From: an uncultured virus (IMG/VR IMGVR_UViG_3300022752_000039)
Lineage: Duplodnaviria; Heunggongvirae; Uroviricota; Caudoviricetes
Strand: one strand, 5' to 3'
DNA: 64,000 nt
IMG/VR virus record: IMGVR_UViG_3300022752_000039
Below, piece after piece: positions 44,559 through 54,300 of the stretch. The first letter of the stretch is position 1. The number at the start of each line of letters is the position of its first letter. Under the pieces are notes generated by a model. The model was not told the origin of the DNA, did not search any database, and worked only from the letters and a program-made list of their open reading frames with translations. The translations under genes and the position numbers were made by a program.

Positions 44559-45161
44559 ATGGCAGTAATTAATAATCGGTCAACACTATTGACTGATCCA
44601 TTACGTAACTTTAGATTTTTAGTTACGTTTCAACCACACGGAGACTTTGCTCAAAACAGCATCGGTCTAACTCAAGCAACTATTGGGTTTACTTCTGTGT
44701 CGGGATTGTCGGTTGCTACTGACTCTATCCCTTACCGTGAAGGCGGATACAACACCACCGTCCACCAGATTCCTGGTCAGACAACCTTCACACCTCTTAC
44801 ACTTCAACGTGGTGTCCTATTGGGAACACGTCAGAACTGGGACTGGATGCGTAACTTGTTCGCAACAGTAACTGCGGGAAACACTACTCGTGGCGTAGAC
44901 CAGAACTTCCGTTGCGACCTAGAGATTGCTGTGCTATCGCACCCAATTCCTGGATCACCAAACGCAAATGACACAACAGAAACATCAGTAGATCACGTAG
45001 CGATGCGCTTTAAGGTATACAACGCATGGCCTACTTCAGTTGCATACTCAGACCTCAACGCAGGTGACAACGCTCTATTTGTAGAGCAGATGACACTTGT
45101 GCACGAAGGCTTTGATGTTAACTGGGCAGGAAACTACACAGCACCAGCCCCTACATTCTAA
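44559..45161 (+). CDS. Tail tube protein (T4 gp19-like)
   Basis: DPLRNFRF, YREGG, LTLQRG, NAWP..SDLNA, EQMTLVHEG. Confidence 0.93.
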   Translation: MAVINNRSTLLTDPLRNFRFLVTFQPHGDFAQNSIGLTQATIGFTSVSGLSVATDSIPYREGGYNTTVHQIPGQTTFTPLTLQRGVLLGTRQNWDWMRNLFATVTAGNTTRGVDQNFRCDLEIAVLSHPIPGSPNANDTTETSVDHVAMRFKVYNAWPTSVAYSDLNAGDNALFVEQMTLVHEGFDVNWAGNYTAPAPTF

Positions 45162-45173
45162 CAAAGGACTAAC

Positions 45174-45983
45174 ATGACGAAAACAATTAGTGCAGCGGCT
45201 AATCCCGCATTGGCAAATAACTTGATTAACTCTGCATTGGCTGAAGCGCCAGTACAGCAAGAAGTAAAGATCACACCTCCTTCGGACACTGTAGTGACTC
45301 TCCCTGGTGGCTATTTAACAGCCACTGGGGAGATCATTACAGAGGCCGAGGTCCGTGAACTCAATGGCTCTGATGAGGAAGCGATTGCTCGTACTGCAAA
45401 CATCGGTAAAGCAATCCTTACAATTCTTCATCGTGGAACAGTACGTGTTGGTAATCAGAAGGCAGATGAGAAGTTACTAGACCAACTACTCTCTGGTGAC
45501 AGAGACATGTTAGTTCTAGGAATTCTTAAAGCAACCTTTGGTAAGACCGCTGACATTGGTGGCTACTGCGAAGGCTGCGAAGAGATGAAGACAGTACAGG
45601 TTGATCTTGATACAGACATTACAGTCAAGGCTCTAATGGACCCAATGAATGATCGAGTCTTTACTGTACAAGGAAAAAACCGCACATTCACAGTGCAACT
45701 TCCTACAGGCATTACACAAAAAGAAATGTTGCAGAACTCTGACAAGACATCAGCAGAACTAACAACAATCATGTTAGAGAACACAGTAATGAAAATTGAT
45801 GATTCACCAGTACTAAGCAAGATGCAGGTACAGAATTTGGGGCTTGTAGATCGTCGCACTATTAGTGAGGCAATCAATAAGCGTCTATGTGGTCCTCAGT
45901 TCGATGTGGTTAAGGTGACATGCCCTGACTGCGAAAGTGAGGTATCTGTTCCCGTTAATTTCGGGACCTTGTTTCGCTTCTAG
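45174..45983 (+). CDS. Tail assembly chaperone/hub-like protein with two CxxC pairs
   Basis: VRELNGSDEEAI, GDRD, CEGC, CPDC; between tube and TMP. Confidence 0.75.
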   Translation: MTKTISAAANPALANNLINSALAEAPVQQEVKITPPSDTVVTLPGGYLTATGEIITEAEVRELNGSDEEAIARTANIGKAILTILHRGTVRVGNQKADEKLLDQLLSGDRDMLVLGILKATFGKTADIGGYCEGCEEMKTVQVDLDTDITVKALMDPMNDRVFTVQGKNRTFTVQLPTGITQKEMLQNSDKTSAELTTIMLENTVMKIDDSPVLSKMQVQNLGLVDRRTISEAINKRLCGPQFDVVKVTCPDCESEVSVPVNFGTLFRF

Positions 45984-46131
45984 CGTTACTCCATACACGC
46001 ATTTACTTGCGGAGTGGTCGGTCTTAACTAACGAGTACAGAGGATGGACACTGACAGAGATCAAGTCTTTGTCAGTTAGAGAACGAGGAAACTGGCTAGA
46101 GATAGCCAGCCACACCAGTAGAAAGGGATAG
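45973..46131 (+). CDS. Probable +1 frameshift extension of the chaperone (T4 gp51/GT-like)
   Basis: GWTLTEIKSLSVRERGNWL in +1 frame; no credible independent start; TTT CGC before the stop. Confidence 0.55.
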   Translation, partial: FASSVTPYTHLLAEWSVLTNEYRGWTLTEIKSLSVRERGNWLEIASHTSRKG

Positions 46132-46133
46132 TC

Positions 46134-48488
46134 ATGGCTAACAAGATGGTTGCGAACATCAAGTCGCTGACTACAGAGACCCGTGGTCTAACCAAAGAGG
46201 TCGAGTCTCTCTATAAGTCCATTGAAAAGTTAAATGCAATTGCTGGTAAGGCATTTAAAAATGCAAACGGTGCTATCAGTTCTTCTGGCGGTTCTTTGGG
46301 ATTGATGCAGGGAACAACTCGACCTGGCGTAGGAACAGATAATGCACGGTTTACACAACCTCCTGCACCAACAGGTATGTCTGGCGCTGGTGGTACTAGT
46401 CAAATATCAAAAAGTAAAACAAAGTTTGCTCAAGAAGGCCCTGAAGATCCAACAGTATCTAAACTAAAAACTTTTGGTGCAGTTGCAAAAATTGCAATGG
46501 CGGTACCTGCTGGAATGTATGCTGCAACTCCTGATGTTGGCTTAACTATGGGTCGTGCCCTTGGGTACTACCAAGCAGGATTAACAGCACCAGGAATTAG
46601 TCGTAATCAGTTACAGCGTGCAACCTTCAGTGCATTAGGTGGAGGCATATCTAGTGTTGGCTCTGATGCAATTGTTGCAGCAGGTCTTGCAGGTCGTGGC
46701 TACACCCCAGGAAGTGCAAACTACCAACAGGCTGCTGCTCAAATTGGAGGTGCTTATAAATATCTAGGTATGGAGAATGCTGTAGCAACACAGGCTATTG
46801 CTGGATTCCAATCAGGACCTATGGGAGCAAACCTATACCAGTATGGAATCAACACACGTACTGCTTCTGGAAAAGAAAAGACTCCAGGACAACTTGCCAA
46901 AGAATTAATGGGAGTGATGGGTGGAGGAAAAGCAACTACCCAACAGGTACGTGAGTCATTTCAACGTGGTGCACTTGGTGCAAACTTAAAGACGATGGGA
47001 TTTGATACTGCACAGCAGGAAATCCTTTACCAAGCGATGATTGACATATCTGCTGGAAGAAACCCAGACCTTGCAAAACGTGGAAACGAACAAGGTACTG
47101 ATAAAAACTCAAACACAATGCTTACTGCTCAAGGCCGTATGAATGCCTCTCAAACTTCCTTAATGACTAAGGGCGAAGAGTCAATGATCAAGGGGTTTGA
47201 GAATGCAGCAGACACAGTAGAAGCATTTAACCGTGCTCTTGAAGGTTCAATTCCATTTTTCTCACAAATAAAGGGATTTGTTGGAGGAGTTGGGGCTACA
47301 AACGTAGGTGCTGGTCTTGCAACATCTGCGTCTCTTCTTGCTAGTGGTGTAGGCGATCTTGCAAAAGTTTTAATGTCAGCACTTACTAAAGGCAAAGGAG
47401 GTGGAGCAGTTGGTTATGGTGGTGGATTTGGTGTTGGTGGCGCCACAGGAGGTGCTCCAGTAGCAGCAGGAATAACCGCTGCTTACGGTGAAAAAGGAAG
47501 TATGTGGTCTGGTACAAATAACTCCCACAAGGGAATGGACTACGCAGTACCAGAAGGCACTCCAGTTATTTCTTGGAAAGATGGAATTGTATCTACCGAA
47601 AGTTTAGATGCAGGTTATGGAACAGCAGTCATGCTTGAGCATGCAGACGGTATGCAGAGCATCTACGGCCATCTTAGTTCTAAAGACGTAAAAGCAGGAG
47701 ACGTTATAAAGGCGGGTCAACGTATTGGTAAGTCTGGATCTACTGGAAACTCCACTGGTCCTCACTTACACTTTGAATTACGCAAAGGAAAGAACAACCC
47801 AGTAGATCCTTCGGGGTATACAGGTGCCTCTTCTATTCTTGGTATGCAGTACGCAAGCGCAGTTGTAAATCCTTCAAGTAGTGAACTGCTTGGTACAGGA
47901 GCAGCAACCAACTCGATAGGTGCAACCATGTCAATTGATGGTCCTGTTGGTAAAGGTGCATTGAGCAACTCAGAACTTATTAGCGTTCTTTCTGGTGCAG
48001 GGTTTAGCGGATCATCCTTAGAGACAGCCTTCCGTGTGGCTCGTGCTGAATCAGGTGGTCGTCCTGGAGCATTAAACCCTAATGCAAAAACAGGTGACTA
48101 CTCCCTAGGGTTATTCCAAGTTAACATGATTGGTGATTTAGGAAAACGACGTAACGCAAACTACTTAAAAGAATACGCAGGAATTGGATACACAGGTCCA
48201 GAGAGTCTTTATGATCCAGCAATTAATTCACGCATTGCATACGACATCTCTAAGAGCGGCACTAAGTGGAGCGACGCCTGGGTTAATACTTCAAAGAAGT
48301 TAAACATTGGTGGTGGAGATTCTGGCTATGGGGCGTCTATGCCAACTCAACTGCAGTCAGGTAACAAGACAGTAAACGTCACAATTAAATTTGATCAAGC
48401 AACAGATCAAGAGGCATTGCGTTTTGCTAAGAAGGTTAAGGACTACCTTGACCACGATAAAGAGATCTCAATGATAGGTGGTTCATAA
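46134..48488 (+). CDS. Tape measure protein with M23 peptidase and lytic transglycosylase domains
   Basis: HKGMD...YGHL...STGPHLHFE (M23); AESGG...SLGLFQVN (SLT-like). Confidence 0.88.
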   Translation: MANKMVANIKSLTTETRGLTKEVESLYKSIEKLNAIAGKAFKNANGAISSSGGSLGLMQGTTRPGVGTDNARFTQPPAPTGMSGAGGTSQISKSKTKFAQEGPEDPTVSKLKTFGAVAKIAMAVPAGMYAATPDVGLTMGRALGYYQAGLTAPGISRNQLQRATFSALGGGISSVGSDAIVAAGLAGRGYTPGSANYQQAAAQIGGAYKYLGMENAVATQAIAGFQSGPMGANLYQYGINTRTASGKEKTPGQLAKELMGVMGGGKATTQQVRESFQRGALGANLKTMGFDTAQQEILYQAMIDISAGRNPDLAKRGNEQGTDKNSNTMLTAQGRMNASQTSLMTKGEESMIKGFENAADTVEAFNRALEGSIPFFSQIKGFVGGVGATNVGAGLATSASLLASGVGDLAKVLMSALTKGKGGGAVGYGGGFGVGGATGGAPVAAGITAAYGEKGSMWSGTNNSHKGMDYAVPEGTPVISWKDGIVSTESLDAGYGTAVMLEHADGMQSIYGHLSSKDVKAGDVIKAGQRIGKSGSTGNSTGPHLHFELRKGKNNPVDPSGYTGASSILGMQYASAVVNPSSSELLGTGAATNSIGATMSIDGPVGKGALSNSELISVLSGAGFSGSSLETAFRVARAESGGRPGALNPNAKTGDYSLGLFQVNMIGDLGKRRNANYLKEYAGIGYTGPESLYDPAINSRIAYDISKSGTKWSDAWVNTSKKLNIGGGDSGYGASMPTQLQSGNKTVNVTIKFDQATDQEALRFAKKVKDYLDHDKEISMIGGS

Positions 48489-49792
48489 TGGCGGGATGGA
48501 CATGGTCAGGTAAAGGATACCCAAGTCCTTCAGAGGTTAGGGCCCCACAAAACGCACGACAGAAGCAGATTTCTGATGCAGCAAAACAAGCGACTATTAA
48601 TACGTATAAAAAACAAATTGAAGGTTACGAAAAAGATATCAAAACACAACAAGCCATAATTAAAGTACAAGAATCAAACGTAAAACGTTACTCTGACATC
48701 ATTAATACATCTACTAATCAAGCAGTAATTGATGCTGCAATTACTTCTCGAAATGCTGTACGAGTTCTAATTGGTGAGGCAAACGCTAAAATTATTAGAT
48801 TAATGAGAGACAAAAATAATGTTCAAAATCAAATTAATAAATTAACGGGTAAAAAACCTGTTGTACCAACTAAGCCAAACTCTTCATCAACAACCACCAC
48901 GGTCACTGATCAAGGAGGAAAAGTTGACCAAGAATTTTCAGCAGAGTACAAGTACAACGCTCCCCTAGTATCTGGAGCATACTTGGGACAAGGAATTTCT
49001 GCAGACTCATTAGGTGCTGCGGTAGACACTAAAGGATTCCCAATTAATGCTCCAGTTTTTTCTGATGCCTATAACGCCTGGCGTGGAGTAAACGGTGGAC
49101 GTGGAACTATTCAAATGGATAGAAAATACGTAAACGCTATTGGAAAAGCACAGAAAGACACAACTAAGTTTGATCCACAGATGTATGGATTTAAGTTCTT
49201 GTATAACCCAACAACAGTCAGTATGGCGTGGGGCGTACAACAGATGATGGACCCTAATTACGAAAGTTCTGGGGAAGATATATTTAATCCAATTTCTGCT
49301 GGTTTAATTTCTAGCACAATTGTTTTTGAAGTACTTTTAAATCGTATTGCCGACTTTAATCATTTAAATGCAGACGGTTCACTACGTGGTCAATATCCTT
49401 ATGGTCAAATTGATGTTCCCGTTCAAGAAAGAAAACAAATATACGATCGTGGAACCATGTACGACCTAGAGTATTTCTTCAAGACAATCAATGGACCTCA
49501 TGGAACCTTTACCTCTGCCTACAACGGTATGACCGCAGACTCTGGTTGGTTGCGTCCCTCCTCTATGGAACTTCATCTAGGTGCTGGAATGAGATACAGA
49601 ATCCGTATCAATGAAGTCTCTATTAACCACGCAATTTTTAATAACCGTATGGTTCCTATCTTGTCAACAGTTCGATTTGTGTGTGGTCGTTACAACGATG
49701 GTCCTGGTACTCCCTTACTACAACCAGCCTTTGTTAACACAACTACTCTAGAAGGAATCCGAGCAGCAAGTGGAGGGTTTAACCAGCCATGA
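48488..49792 (+). CDS. Tube initiator/baseplate hub protein with N-terminal coiled coil
   Basis: FLYNPTTVS ... INEVSINHAIFNNRMVP (CIS-tube-like). Confidence 0.65.
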   Translation: MAGWTWSGKGYPSPSEVRAPQNARQKQISDAAKQATINTYKKQIEGYEKDIKTQQAIIKVQESNVKRYSDIINTSTNQAVIDAAITSRNAVRVLIGEANAKIIRLMRDKNNVQNQINKLTGKKPVVPTKPNSSSTTTTVTDQGGKVDQEFSAEYKYNAPLVSGAYLGQGISADSLGAAVDTKGFPINAPVFSDAYNAWRGVNGGRGTIQMDRKYVNAIGKAQKDTTKFDPQMYGFKFLYNPTTVSMAWGVQQMMDPNYESSGEDIFNPISAGLISSTIVFEVLLNRIADFNHLNADGSLRGQYPYGQIDVPVQERKQIYDRGTMYDLEYFFKTINGPHGTFTSAYNGMTADSGWLRPSSMELHLGAGMRYRIRINEVSINHAIFNNRMVPILSTVRFVCGRYNDGPGTPLLQPAFVNTTTLEGIRAASGGFNQP

Positions 49793-50064
49793 TCTACCTA
49801 GATAGCAGATACGCTGACGGCCCTCTATTCAAGGCTTACGACTCACGAACTAACACGTATGAGTTAACTGTGTTGCGTTCATTCCCAAGTTACAAGGTCA
49901 CTTATTTCTCTTATACCTGGGTTGAAACAGACCGTCTAGATAGACTTGCTTTGCGATTCTTAGGGGCGTCAACTTTGTGGTGGCAGATTATGGATATTAA
50001 TCCTGAGGTTATTGACCCCTTGACTATTGTTCCAGGAACTGTGTTAAGGATACCTAATGAATAA
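49789..50064 (+). CDS. LysM/tail X baseplate protein
   Basis: DRLDRLA..FLG...LWWQIMDINP...PGTVLRIP. Confidence 0.85.
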   Translation: MIYLDSRYADGPLFKAYDSRTNTYELTVLRSFPSYKVTYFSYTWVETDRLDRLALRFLGASTLWWQIMDINPEVIDPLTIVPGTVLRIPNE

Positions 50065-51313
50065 AACAACACAGAATCGTTTAGGAACCTCATTCACCGT
50101 CTCTTATCCAGACTTCCCAAGTTTTACAGTTACACCAAAAAGTTTTACATTAATACAAGAGGCTGGAAAGCAAGATGTACTAGAGATAATTTATTTACGA
50201 GATAGCAGTGTCTTTTACAAAGGGTTAAAGACAGGAGCAACTGTCAAAGTAAAATGGAAAACTTCCAACAGTGTTGTCGGTGAGTTCTTTGGGTACATAG
50301 TTGATTACACACCCATTACCCAACAAACTCTTCGTCGCCCCGTCACTATACGAGCAATCGGTGCCTCTCTTCCATTAAAAGAAGGAGGAAATAAGATCTG
50401 GAAGAACAAAACTGCTCCAGATATTGTTACTGAGATTGCTAACAAGTTTAAATTAAAACCAGTAGTGACTCCTCATCCAATGATCTTTAGCCAGCAGTCA
50501 ATGTTGAACCACACTTACTGGGAAAAGATTCAAGAACTAGCAGGACGTATTGGGTACGTCGCACAGGTGAGTGGCACAGAACTGCACTTTCACCCTATAG
50601 ATAAGATGATTGATAAGTTTATAACAACTATCCCAGTGCTATCTTTCTTTGACCCTGTTGGAAATATCTGGAATGAGTTAAATTCCCAGACACTAGATAT
50701 GTTTAAACCAAAAGTTGGAGACTATATTGATAAATCGTCTTACTCTAAAAAAGAAAAAGTTGTTCACGGGGTTGATCCTGTAACAGGAAAATTTTATTCC
50801 TCCTCAAAGTCTCCTACAACTGTAGGTAAGAACCTTAGAACTTCAAACTTAGATCCACTGTTCTTAGAAACACTACCTGGGGCAATTACTGGAAACGCAC
50901 AGATGGCAGACACTATTGCTCAGGCACATGCTCAACTCTCTCGGTTCTCAATAACTGCAGATGCAGCAAGTCAGGGTGATCCACGAATTGCACCTTATAG
51001 GACAGTTGAAATTAATGGAACTGGGTCAACAACTGATGGCAATTGGATTGTAAAAAAGACTCGTCATCAGTGCTACTACGATGGTCGATATGAGGTTGAG
51101 TTTACTTGTATGACAGACGGTACTGGAAGAAATAAATCTTCTGCTTTTCGTCCAGAAAGTGCATCTGTTATACCTACCAGAAATATCAGACAAGAGTTAA
51201 GTACAGGAACTACCAGTAGACCAACAGTCACTAAACTGCGTGCTCCTCAGATGTTAGTCAACAAATCAAATGTTGGGTTTAAAGTTACACCAAGTAGATG
51301 GGTGGGTAAGTAA
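50057..51313 (+). CDS. Baseplate hub (gpD/gp27-like)
   Basis: WKNKTAPDIV.EIA, YWEKIQELA.RIGY, GDPRIAP, DGNWIV. Confidence 0.85.
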   Translation: MNKTTQNRLGTSFTVSYPDFPSFTVTPKSFTLIQEAGKQDVLEIIYLRDSSVFYKGLKTGATVKVKWKTSNSVVGEFFGYIVDYTPITQQTLRRPVTIRAIGASLPLKEGGNKIWKNKTAPDIVTEIANKFKLKPVVTPHPMIFSQQSMLNHTYWEKIQELAGRIGYVAQVSGTELHFHPIDKMIDKFITTIPVLSFFDPVGNIWNELNSQTLDMFKPKVGDYIDKSSYSKKEKVVHGVDPVTGKFYSSSKSPTTVGKNLRTSNLDPLFLETLPGAITGNAQMADTIAQAHAQLSRFSITADAASQGDPRIAPYRTVEINGTGSTTDGNWIVKKTRHQCYYDGRYEVEFTCMTDGTGRNKSSAFRPESASVIPTRNIRQELSTGTTSRPTVTKLRAPQMLVNKSNVGFKVTPSRWVGK

Positions 51314-51714
51314 TGGCTGAAGTAGCAATTTCTCTTCCCTTTAGAGTCGATCCCTACGGAAAGATTGCTGTGTCTACTGACCAGCAAAAGATATATTCAG
51401 ACCGTGTTAGGTCTGTACTTGGGACTGCATTAAAGGAACGTGTAATGCAGCCTCTGTTTGGTACAGAGATTCCCTACTCTGTGTTTAGTACACAAGAAGA
51501 TGCCTCTATCTTGATTGAACGTGAGACTCAAGCAGCCTTTGAAACTCAGTTACCTCTTCTGAGTCTGCAGTCTGTCACCACAACTTTTGATGAATTTACT
51601 GGCATAATCAGTGTCAGCACGGTGTATGACCTCCCAAATAACACTCAAGTTGAGACAGTTATTGGTATTGCTTACATTCAAGGAACTAACCCGATCTACC
51701 AGGAGACGCTATGA
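51313..51714 (+). CDS. Baseplate gp25/GPW-like protein
   Basis: ISLPF, LGTALKERVMQPLFG. Confidence 0.88.
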   Translation: MAEVAISLPFRVDPYGKIAVSTDQQKIYSDRVRSVLGTALKERVMQPLFGTEIPYSVFSTQEDASILIERETQAAFETQLPLLSLQSVTTTFDEFTGIISVSTVYDLPNNTQVETVIGIAYIQGTNPIYQETL

Positions 51715-53270
51715 GTGACGTAACCCCAGTTTCAAATATCCCAATCTCAGTTGATTACACAAGCAAGGACTACTACGTACTCCGTGATGAGTTAGTTGCT
51801 CGTATTCAAGATCGTATTCCTGAATGGACAGCCTCTGACCCATCTGATTTTGGTGTAGCCCTTGTTGAAGCGTTTGCTTACATGGGAGACTTAATTTCTT
51901 ACTACATCGATAGAAACGCCAATGAGTCACTTATAACTACAGCAACTCAACGAGACAGTGTCATTAACATTGCTCAGACCTACGGCTACATCCCAGCAGG
52001 ATATCGTCAAGCATTTACTCTTCTAACTGTCTCTAATACATCTGCTGCGGCTGTGTCTATTCCAGCAGGAACAGTTGTTTCTGGAGACGTTATCTCTGGA
52101 GACGTTGTAAACACCGTTTACTTCACAACCGTCTCTGATGCAACGGTAGATCCTCAAGTTGCTTCAACACCAGGAACTGAAGACATATCAGCGTTAGAAG
52201 GTCGCTACGTAACAGTTGTCTCTGACAACGCAAACACTTACGGAGAGTTAATTGGTACCTCCACTGGTCTTCCTAATATGTCTTTTGAACTAGGTGAGAC
52301 TCCGTCTGTAGATGGAACAACAGAACTCTACGTTCAAGATGGTGACGTCTACTCTAAGTGGACACAAGTTCAACACCTTCTAGATAATGGGCCTACTGAT
52401 TTGGTATATCAAGTGAATACAGATGCTAACAACAGTGTCTATATTACTTTTGGAGATGGTGTTTCAGGCGTTATTCCAACAATACATTCAGAGATCCGTG
52501 CTAACTACATGGTTGGTGGTGGGTTAATTGGGAACGTTCCAAGCGATACCTTAGTAGATATTGTTTACGTTCCTGGACTATCAACTAACCAAACTACGGC
52601 TCTACAATCCATTGTTACTGTAACAAATGCAGACCCCGCCATCGGTGGATCAGATCCTGAAACTACAAATCAAATCCGTGTCTCTGCTCCTGCATCTTTA
52701 AGAGCAGCAAATCGTGCAGTAACACTTCAAGACTATGCAGATCTATCAATTTCTGTTAGTGGTGTTGGTAAAGCAAACGCTTCTGCAGAAACTTGGACCT
52801 CTGTAACTATCTATATCGCACCAAGTAGAAGCAGTACTGATTCAGATTTAGCGCCTGGATTAGATGATGTAGGAGATCCAACTCTTGAGTATGATCGTTT
52901 AAAAGCAGACATTGAGACTTACTTAGAAGACAAGATCTTGCTTGGAACAACCGTAACAATACAGCCACCTACTTATGTGGACCTTATTATAACTTTGCAG
53001 TATGCAAAACTAGATCAGTACACAACCGCAGAGGTTGAACTTGCAGTAAAGCAGGCTCTACTAACCTCTTTTGGGTACAACGGAATGGACTTCCAAGACA
53101 CCATCTATCCTCAAGATATTGAGTTTGCTTTAAACCAAGTTCCTGGAGTAAAGACAATAAAAGTAACGGTACTTCATATTGAAGGAGACACAGGACTCAA
53201 GACAGTCATTGGAGCAGCGGATGAAATTTTTCGATTCCAAGAAAGTAACATAAGTATTGGAACTATCTGA
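51711..53270 (+). CDS. Baseplate wedge (J/gp6-like)
   Basis: DYTSKD, SDFGVALVE, FGDG..G.IP, GGSDPET, RAVTLQDY. Confidence 0.92.
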   Translation: MSDVTPVSNIPISVDYTSKDYYVLRDELVARIQDRIPEWTASDPSDFGVALVEAFAYMGDLISYYIDRNANESLITTATQRDSVINIAQTYGYIPAGYRQAFTLLTVSNTSAAAVSIPAGTVVSGDVISGDVVNTVYFTTVSDATVDPQVASTPGTEDISALEGRYVTVVSDNANTYGELIGTSTGLPNMSFELGETPSVDGTTELYVQDGDVYSKWTQVQHLLDNGPTDLVYQVNTDANNSVYITFGDGVSGVIPTIHSEIRANYMVGGGLIGNVPSDTLVDIVYVPGLSTNQTTALQSIVTVTNADPAIGGSDPETTNQIRVSAPASLRAANRAVTLQDYADLSISVSGVGKANASAETWTSVTIYIAPSRSSTDSDLAPGLDDVGDPTLEYDRLKADIETYLEDKILLGTTVTIQPPTYVDLIITLQYAKLDQYTTAEVELAVKQALLTSFGYNGMDFQDTIYPQDIEFALNQVPGVKTIKVTVLHIEGDTGLKTVIGAADEIFRFQESNISIGTI

Positions 53271-53773
53271 TGGATTCAATCAAACGCTTATACGGCGTAT
53301 ACCGTGGTGTTGTACAAGACAACAGCGATCCACAAACACAACGTCGACTAAAGGTACAGGTTCAGACTACAGGTATTGAAGTGACTGACTGGGCTTGGCC
53401 TATGGAACCTTCCAGCATCCACACTGAAGTCCCAGTAGTTGGACAAGGTGTGTGGGTTTCATATGTTGGTGGAGACCCTGAGTATCCAGTGTGGTCTGGG
53501 TCTTTTGGTAAAAACCAAGGTAAGAACAAACAAATTTTTATCAAGCCATTGGCTGATACTGTTTCTTTGACGGGGTTGACTCCTTACTTGCAAACAATCA
53601 AAAAAACAGACGGCACTATTGAGGTAGATTTAACAGACACCCTAATGCTCATGGCAAATAAATTAAAGGCATATGAGACACGAATTGCGTCTTTAGAGTC
53701 TCAACTAGTTACTCTTCACAATACTTTGGCTACTAGAACTACAGCGTCACATACCCACGGTAGCAACGGGTAA
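53270..53773 (+). CDS. Baseplate spike, gp5/gpV OB-fold
   Basis: YGVYRGVV.DN.DP...RLKVQV, P.VGQGVWV..GGDPEYPVW; C-terminal HTH His motif. Confidence 0.88.
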   Translation: MDSIKRLYGVYRGVVQDNSDPQTQRRLKVQVQTTGIEVTDWAWPMEPSSIHTEVPVVGQGVWVSYVGGDPEYPVWSGSFGKNQGKNKQIFIKPLADTVSLTGLTPYLQTIKKTDGTIEVDLTDTLMLMANKLKAYETRIASLESQLVTLHNTLATRTTASHTHGSNG

Positions 53774-53841
53774 GTAGTTCAGGCAGTAAATAGGCGGCAA
53801 AACCGAGAAAATAGACCGACAGGTCTGGAAGGAAGTACAGC

Positions 53842-54291
53842 GTGACAGCATCATATCCCGCAGCGGTTAAGTCCTTTGTTACAAAGGTTGACTTTGCTGA
53901 CACAATCCTGGCCGAACACGTCAACAGTCTTCAAGAAGAAGTCAACTCTCTTCAAGCAAACCTCGGAACTCTCATCAAGACTGGTTCTGGTTGGGTTGGA
54001 AATTTTGACCAGGTCACCACAGCCTGGGATTCTCTAAAGGATCGTCTTGCTAACATTGAATATGGACTTGCTGATGTGTGGAATGCCGTCCCTGTAGGTG
54101 GATCTACTGGACAAGTTCTCACTAAAACTTCTGGAACTGATTACGCCACACAATGGTCAACCATTAATGCCCTTCCTTCTCAGTCAGGAAACAGTGGGCG
54201 TTACTTAACAACGAACGGAACAAACGCATCATGGCAAGTAGTAGCAACAGGAGCAGACGCATTTAGTCAGTTCTTACTTGCTGGCTGTTAG
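53842..54291 (+). CDS. Short tail-fibre-like protein
   Basis: AEHVNSLQEEV coil; GQVLTKTS..DY.TQW and GRYLTTNG...SW motifs. Confidence 0.65.
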   Translation: MTASYPAAVKSFVTKVDFADTILAEHVNSLQEEVNSLQANLGTLIKTGSGWVGNFDQVTTAWDSLKDRLANIEYGLADVWNAVPVGGSTGQVLTKTSGTDYATQWSTINALPSQSGNSGRYLTTNGTNASWQVVATGADAFSQFLLAGC

Positions 54292-54300
54292 GATTAGACC

